A stretch of DNA of 64,000 nucleotides. It comes from a bacterium. Lineage in GTDB: Bacteria; Patescibacteriota; Dojkabacteria; JAKAPS01. The notes under the pieces are model-generated. The model saw nothing but the letters and a program-made list of their open reading frames with translations. It made no database searches and was not told where the DNA came from. Positions 59,789 through 64,000 of the stretch are shown in pieces; position 1 is the stretch's first letter, and each line of letters starts with the position of its first letter. The stretch is from the NCBI GenBank assembly GCA_021806925.1, contig JAKAPS010000003.1, positions 10,553 to 74,552 of the forward strand. The letters are read 5' to 3'. The position numbers and the translations under genes were made by a program.

Positions 59789-60220
59789 ATGGCAAAGAAA
59801 GAATCAGAAGCTAAAGCAAAAAAAGAAGTTAAGATTGTTAAACATGCTAATGTAAAGAAAAGTAAAAAGAATGTACCAAAAGGTTATATGTATATTTCTT
59901 CTACTTTTAATAATACAATCTGTTCTATTACTGACACCGAAGGAAATGTGATTGCAAATTCTTCAGGTGGTGTAGTTGGATTTAAAGGGACAAGGAAAAA
60001 GACTCCTTACGCTGCATCTAAAGCTTCAGAGGATGTAATAAACAAAGCTATTAAAATGGGTTTAAAAGAGGTTGATATTTTTCTGAAAGGTGCAGGACCA
60101 GGTAGGCAATTAGCAGTAAAAGCAGTAAGAACTAGTGGTATAAAGGTCTTATCACTGGTAGATGCTACAAAAATCCCACATAATGGGTGTAGACCTAAAA
60201 AGAAACCAAGAAAATCATGA
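59789..60220 (+). CDS. rpsK: 30S ribosomal protein S11
   Basis: TPYAASKASEDV...GPGRQLAVKAVRTSGIKV block. Confidence 0.9.
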   Translation: MAKKESEAKAKKEVKIVKHANVKKSKKNVPKGYMYISSTFNNTICSITDTEGNVIANSSGGVVGFKGTRKKTPYAASKASEDVINKAIKMGLKEVDIFLKGAGPGRQLAVKAVRTSGIKVLSLVDATKIPHNGCRPKKKPRKS

Positions 60221-60906
60221 TTAATAAAATTAATACTAAAGTTAAGGTTATTCAGATGAGCGATTTCAATGGAGTATTTGAAATCTCTCCTTTAGAAAAA
60301 GGGTTTGCAGCTACATTAGCTACAATGTTAAGAAGAGTTCTTCTTACATCAATTTCTGGTGCTGCAGTAACTGGTGTTAGGGTACATGGTGCAAAGCATG
60401 AATACACAACACTTGATGGAGTGGAAGAAGATGTTCTCAGAATAATATTGAATCTAAAATTATTGAAATTGAGAATGTTTACAGATGAGCCTCAAACATT
60501 GTTTCTTAATATTAAGAAGGCTGGTAGTGTAACTGCAGGAGATATTGAACAGAATTCAAATGTTGAGGTATTAAATCCTGAGTTAGTTATAGCAAACTTG
60601 GCAGATAGTAATTCATCGCTAAGTATGGAAATAATTGTTGAAAAGGGGTCTGGATATAGATATGTTGATAATGAGAAAAGGTCCGAAGAAATCGGATTCA
60701 TTCCTTTAGATGCAACATTCTCACCTATAGCGAAGGTCGCTACTGAAATTTCTTCAGCTAGGGTTGGTGCAGATGTTGATTACGATAAACTTACGATTAC
60801 TATTGATACAAAATCAATTTTACCTAATGAAGCAATTATTGAATCACTAGAAATTCTTGGTGATTTCACAAAAATTATTCTTGATTTATTTAAAAATGAG
60901 GCATAA
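60217..60906 (+). CDS. rpoA: RNA polymerase alpha subunit, N-terminal domain only (229 aa; no alpha-CTD encoded)
   Basis: Alpha NTD blocks (GFAATLATMLRRVLLTSISGAAVTGVRVHG). The ORF stops at 60906 and rplQ starts at 60896, leaving no room for a CTD. Confidence 0.85.
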   Translation: MINKINTKVKVIQMSDFNGVFEISPLEKGFAATLATMLRRVLLTSISGAAVTGVRVHGAKHEYTTLDGVEEDVLRIILNLKLLKLRMFTDEPQTLFLNIKKAGSVTAGDIEQNSNVEVLNPELVIANLADSNSSLSMEIIVEKGSGYRYVDNEKRSEEIGFIPLDATFSPIAKVATEISSARVGADVDYDKLTITIDTKSILPNEAIIESLEILGDFTKIILDLFKNEA

Positions 60907-61258
60907 AGTAAAAAAAACATTTGTTAGTGGTTCAAAGGCTCACAGAAAGAGTTTGTTGAAAAATTTAGCAGCATCTCTTATTGTTCATGAGAGTATATAT
61001 ACAACATTGACTAAGTCTAAAGCATTAAAGTCATATGTTGATAAATTGATTACAATATCAAAAAGAACTGATTTGACTCAATTCAACAAAATTAGGATGT
61101 TAAACACTAAGCTTTATGATGAGCTTGCTGTAAAAAAGCTAATAGATGTGTTGTCATTGAAATTTAAAGATAGAAGTAGTGGATATACTAGTACATTAAA
61201 AGTTGACACAAGAAAAGGCGATAGTGCAAAATTAGTGAAAATATATTTTGTATCATAA
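60896..61258 (+). CDS. rplQ: 50S ribosomal protein L17; start taken at the internal Met (MRHKVKK), overlapping rpoA by 11 nt
   Basis: MRHKVKKTF...HRKSLLKNLAASL is an L17 N-terminus. Confidence 0.85.
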   Translation: MRHKVKKTFVSGSKAHRKSLLKNLAASLIVHESIYTTLTKSKALKSYVDKLITISKRTDLTQFNKIRMLNTKLYDELAVKKLIDVLSLKFKDRSSGYTSTLKVDTRKGDSAKLVKIYFVS

Positions 61259-61282
61259 ATATAGTTAATTAGAATAGAAATT

Positions 61283-61729
61283 ATGAATAATAAAACACCA
61301 ACATTAAAATTATCCAAAGGTAAAGTTACTGAAACTCCATGGGTTTTGGTTGATGCTACTGGCATTACAATCGGAAAACTATCTACATTTGTTTCAAGTC
61401 TTTTGATTGGAAAGGATAATCCTAAATTTTCAAATAACATCTTTTGTGGTAAATCTGTTGTTGTTATAAATTCTGATAAATTGAAGATTTCAGAGAAAAA
61501 ATTGAGTAGCAAATTATATTTCTTCTACTCTGGTTTTCCTGGAGGACTAAGAAAAGAGAACCTAGCAAGTATGCTTACCAAGGATTCTACAAATGTAATA
61601 ATGAAATCTGTAAAAGGAATGCTTCCTAAGAATAAGATGGGTTCAGAAATGCTAAGGCATCTTTATGTGTTTAAAGACGAAAAACACGATAAAACGCCTC
61701 AGAGTCCAGTTCTATTAAATATAAATTAA
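61283..61729 (+). CDS. rplM: 50S ribosomal protein L13
   Basis: WVLVDATGITIGKLSTFVS block. Confidence 0.9.
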   Translation: MNNKTPTLKLSKGKVTETPWVLVDATGITIGKLSTFVSSLLIGKDNPKFSNNIFCGKSVVVINSDKLKISEKKLSSKLYFFYSGFPGGLRKENLASMLTKDSTNVIMKSVKGMLPKNKMGSEMLRHLYVFKDEKHDKTPQSPVLLNIN

Positions 61730-61732
61730 TTT

Positions 61733-62131
61733 ATGAAAGACAAAAAAAATATAAATCATGCTAAAGGCGGAAGAAAAGTTGCAAAGTGTACAATTAACTT
61801 TATTGAGAATAGTACTGATAAATTAGTAAATGGAAAATCATTAGAAGAATATTTTCGTTTGCCAATGCAACAATACAATATAAATCTTCCATTTGTAGTT
61901 ACAAATACATTAGGTAGATTTGGTTTTAAGGCTAGAGTATCAGGTGGAGGTTTATTTGGTCAAGCTGATGCACTTAAATTGGCAATATCAAGAGTACTTT
62001 CAAAATATTCTGAAGAATACAAAGTGATCCTTTCACATAACGGGTTGCTCATGAGAGACCCAAGAAGTAAGGAAAGAAAGAAAATATTTCTTGATAAAGC
62101 TAGAAAAAGACCACAATATTCAAAGAGATAA
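61733..62131 (+). CDS. rpsI: 30S ribosomal protein S9
   Basis: C-terminal RDPRSKERKKIFLDKARKRPQYSKR. Confidence 0.9.
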   Translation: MKDKKNINHAKGGRKVAKCTINFIENSTDKLVNGKSLEEYFRLPMQQYNINLPFVVTNTLGRFGFKARVSGGGLFGQADALKLAISRVLSKYSEEYKVILSHNGLLMRDPRSKERKKIFLDKARKRPQYSKR

Positions 62132-62254
62132 TAATATACTTTTATTGTTTTAATTTAAGTATATTTGTATCTTTGAATTGGAATTTGTATAATATTTTTT
62201 GGGAATATAAGTATATCTTATTAATTTAATTGTTTATTCTATATAATTCATGTT

Positions 62255-62327
62255 CCCGAAGGTGGCAGAGCGGTTTATGCGCTGGTCTGTAAAACCAGTT
62301 TATGTAGGTTCGACTCCTACCCTTCGG
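62255..62327 (+). tRNA. tRNA-Tyr (anticodon GTA) of class I type: 5-nt variable loop, C1-G72 first pair, A73 discriminator, no encoded CCA
   Basis: CCGAAGG TG GCAG AGCGGTTT ATGC G CTGGT CTGTAAA ACCAG TTTAT GTAGG TTCGACT CCTAC CCTTCGG A. Perfect acceptor, anticodon and T stems; canonical T-loop GGTTCGACTCC. Confidence 0.7.
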
Positions 62328-62335
62328 AAGCTTCT

Positions 62336-63241
62336 TTATCTATACCTTCTTCTATCAGCAATTCTTTGATATATAATAATGATCTGACTTGCTACAAATA
62401 TACTTGAGTATGTTCCGCTAAATATACCAACTAGTAGTGCTAATGTAAATTCACGTATACTTGAACCTCCTAGTAAGTATAGTGAAAGTAATGTAAGCAA
62501 TACAGTCAATGATGTATTTATAGATCTTGCAAGAGTTTCATAAAGTGACTTGTTTACAACCTCTTCAAATGATAGTGCAAGCTGTTTTTTTAAGTTCTCT
62601 CTAATTCTGTCAAATACAACAATTGTATCATGAACACTAAACCCTATAACTGTCAAAATGGCTGTAACAAAAAGAGAATCTATCCTAACTCCAAAAAGTA
62701 CTCCTAGAACTGAAAATACACCTAGAACTATAAATACATCATGAATCATAGCAAGCACTGCAGATAATCCAAACATAATTGGTGATATTGGCTTAGGCAT
62801 TGTTCTGAATGCATATGCAATAAAAAGAATTATACCCAAGCTAACAAGTGCACCAGATTGTAGTGCGTCAGATTTTATTTGTGAGCTTAGTGTTGCTCCA
62901 ATTATATTGATTGAATCTGGTTGACTAACGCCAAAATACTTATCTAGAGATGATTCAAAAGTGTTTGTTTCTGATTTTGATAAAGGCTTTGTTGTTATTG
63001 TATATGTATTCGCATTTTCAGTTACAGTTAATGGTGAATATTCCTTTGCATATGTATTTGTAATTGAATTTACAGATATATTATTGACTTTATTTTTTGG
63101 AGTATACATAAATTCGGTTCCTCCTGTAAAATCAATAGCTAATTTTAACCCAAATATCGCTAAGAGAATTAAACTTAAAATAAATAGCAGTATTGAGAAG
63201 ATAAGGAAATACTTACCTTGTTTTATAATGTTAAATTTCAT
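62336..63241 (-). CDS. secF: Protein-export membrane protein SecF
   Basis: DFTGGT motif, 6 TM, SSD-like C-terminal half; directly downstream of secD. Confidence 0.85.
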   Translation of the reverse strand: MKFNIIKQGKYFLIFSILLFILSLILLAIFGLKLAIDFTGGTEFMYTPKNKVNNISVNSITNTYAKEYSPLTVTENANTYTITTKPLSKSETNTFESSLDKYFGVSQPDSINIIGATLSSQIKSDALQSGALVSLGIILFIAYAFRTMPKPISPIMFGLSAVLAMIHDVFIVLGVFSVLGVLFGVRIDSLFVTAILTVIGFSVHDTIVVFDRIRENLKKQLALSFEEVVNKSLYETLARSINTSLTVLLTLLSLYLLGGSSIREFTLALLVGIFSGTYSSIFVASQIIIIYQRIADRRRYR

Positions 63242-63246
63242 AAATT

Positions 63247-64000
63247 TTAATATATTTTTATTAATCTACCTTTTGTAAATACTCTATTTTCAAATAGATG
63301 TTTTAGTAATGTTCTTGTTATAACAACAGCTGTAAACATACTTACTATGACTCCAATTCCTAGTGTAAGTGCAAATCCTTTTATCTCACTTGTACCAAAT
63401 GAATATAAAATTGCAGTAGTTATTAAAGATGATATATTTGAATCTCTAATTGATGGCCATGCTCTATTAAATCCATTTTCAATTGCACTCTTTATTTCCT
63501 TTCCTTGTCTTAGCTCTTCTTTCAATCTTTCAAATATTAATATATTTGCATCTACTGCCATACCTATTGATAAAATGAACCCAGCAATTCCTGCCAATGT
63601 TAATGTTACTGGTATTATTTTAAATATTGAGAAAACTAGTAGTGTATATATTATAAGTGCAAGATCTGCAAAGAAACCAAATATTCTATAGAAATATATC
63701 ATAAATATAAATACTATAAATATTCCTACTATTCCTGCAATTAAACTTTGTTTCAATGATGTAGCACCTAATGAAGCACTTACATTATTAACCTGTATTA
63801 TTGAGATAGGAACAGGTAGTGCACCTGCATCAAGTTGTGTTACTAGATCTTTAGCTTGAGAAACCGTGAAATTACCCTGAATATATGGGTTATTAACAAC
63901 ACCACCTGCAAGAGATTGCGATATTACTGGACTTGATATAACCTGATTATCTAATAATATATATACTGGTTTGTTTACATTTTCCTTTGCAATTTGGCTA
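63247..64000 (-). CDS. secD: Protein-export membrane protein SecD, C-terminal part (the frame stays open to the window edge, so the gene starts beyond 64000)
   Basis: Periplasmic-domain block YILLDNQVISSPVISQSLAGG...GNFTVSQAKDLVTQLDAGALP, then VSASLGATSLKQSLIAGIVG and the 6-TM SSD region. No stop between 63757 and 64000 in this frame. Confidence 0.8.
   Translation of the reverse strand, partial: SQIAKENVNKPVYILLDNQVISSPVISQSLAGGVVNNPYIQGNFTVSQAKDLVTQLDAGALPVPISIIQVNNVSASLGATSLKQSLIAGIVGIFIVFIFMIYFYRIFGFFADLALIIYTLLVFSIFKIIPVTLTLAGIAGFILSIGMAVDANILIFERLKEELRQGKEIKSAIENGFNRAWPSIRDSNISSLITTAILYSFGTSEIKGFALTLGIGVIVSMFTAVVITRTLLKHLFENRVFTKGRLIKIY

Noticed and set aside
63247-63756. ORF-track call of a 169-aa ORF as a complete gene
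   Set aside because: The frame stays open to position 64000 and encodes the SecD periplasmic domain upstream; the listed start is an internal TTG. Annotated instead as partial secD.

Overview
This is an AT-rich (roughly 30% GC) bacterial window read with the standard code. TGA terminates trpS and other genes, so code 25 is excluded. The right half (35.1-62.1 kb) is a nearly complete 'str-S10-spc-alpha' ribosomal super-operon on the + strand: rpoB, rpoC, rpsL, rpsG, fusA, tuf, rpsJ, rplCDWB, rpsS, rplV, rpsC, rplP, rpmC, rpsQ, rplNX, a SpoU/TrmH-like RNA methyltransferase, rplE, rpsZ, rpsH, rplFR, rpsE, rplO, secY, adk, map, infA, rpmJ, rpsMK, rpoA, rplQ, rplM, rpsI. It has several oddities. 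rpmD (L30) is absent. RpoA consists of the N-terminal domain only. EF-Tu carries a Cys4 insert and L24 a CxxC...CxxC tail. A methyltransferase is embedded between rplX and rplE. Downstream is a tRNA-Tyr with eukaryote/archaeon-like identity elements (C1-G72, short variable arm), then secF and a partial secD on the - strand. The left half is accessory-like. It holds a processive GT2 synthase fragment plus a GT-C-like membrane domain fused to a GH5 glycanase. It holds trpS, dgkA, a beta-helix membrane protein, and a hypothetical gene driven by a consensus promoter with a (GA)n spacer and an apparently leaderless start. It holds an M20 peptidase, an APC permease, a CBS-less IMPDH/GMP-reductase homolog, and a COG4586/4587/3694-like ABC system. 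There are two COG1373 (AAA_14+DUF4143) ATPase genes, one frameshifted in an A5 run. An HD-domain (YedJ-like) gene is disrupted by a G-run frameshift plus an in-frame TGA. tRNA-Ser(CGA) and an unusual tRNA-Arg(GCG) are present. A Wzx-like flippase is followed by a cytochrome b6-type di-heme domain fused to a large extracytoplasmic domain and a MacAB-like MFP/ABC/FtsX efflux set. A (-)-strand module encodes an exported FMN-binding protein, an ApbE flavin transferase and a small His-pair membrane protein. A two-component system and PilN/PilO-like genes lie just upstream of an rpoB leader that carries a consensus promoter and an intrinsic-terminator hairpin. No CRISPR array, rRNA gene or obvious transposase was seen. 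All calls are from reading translations and motifs by eye; no searches were run.
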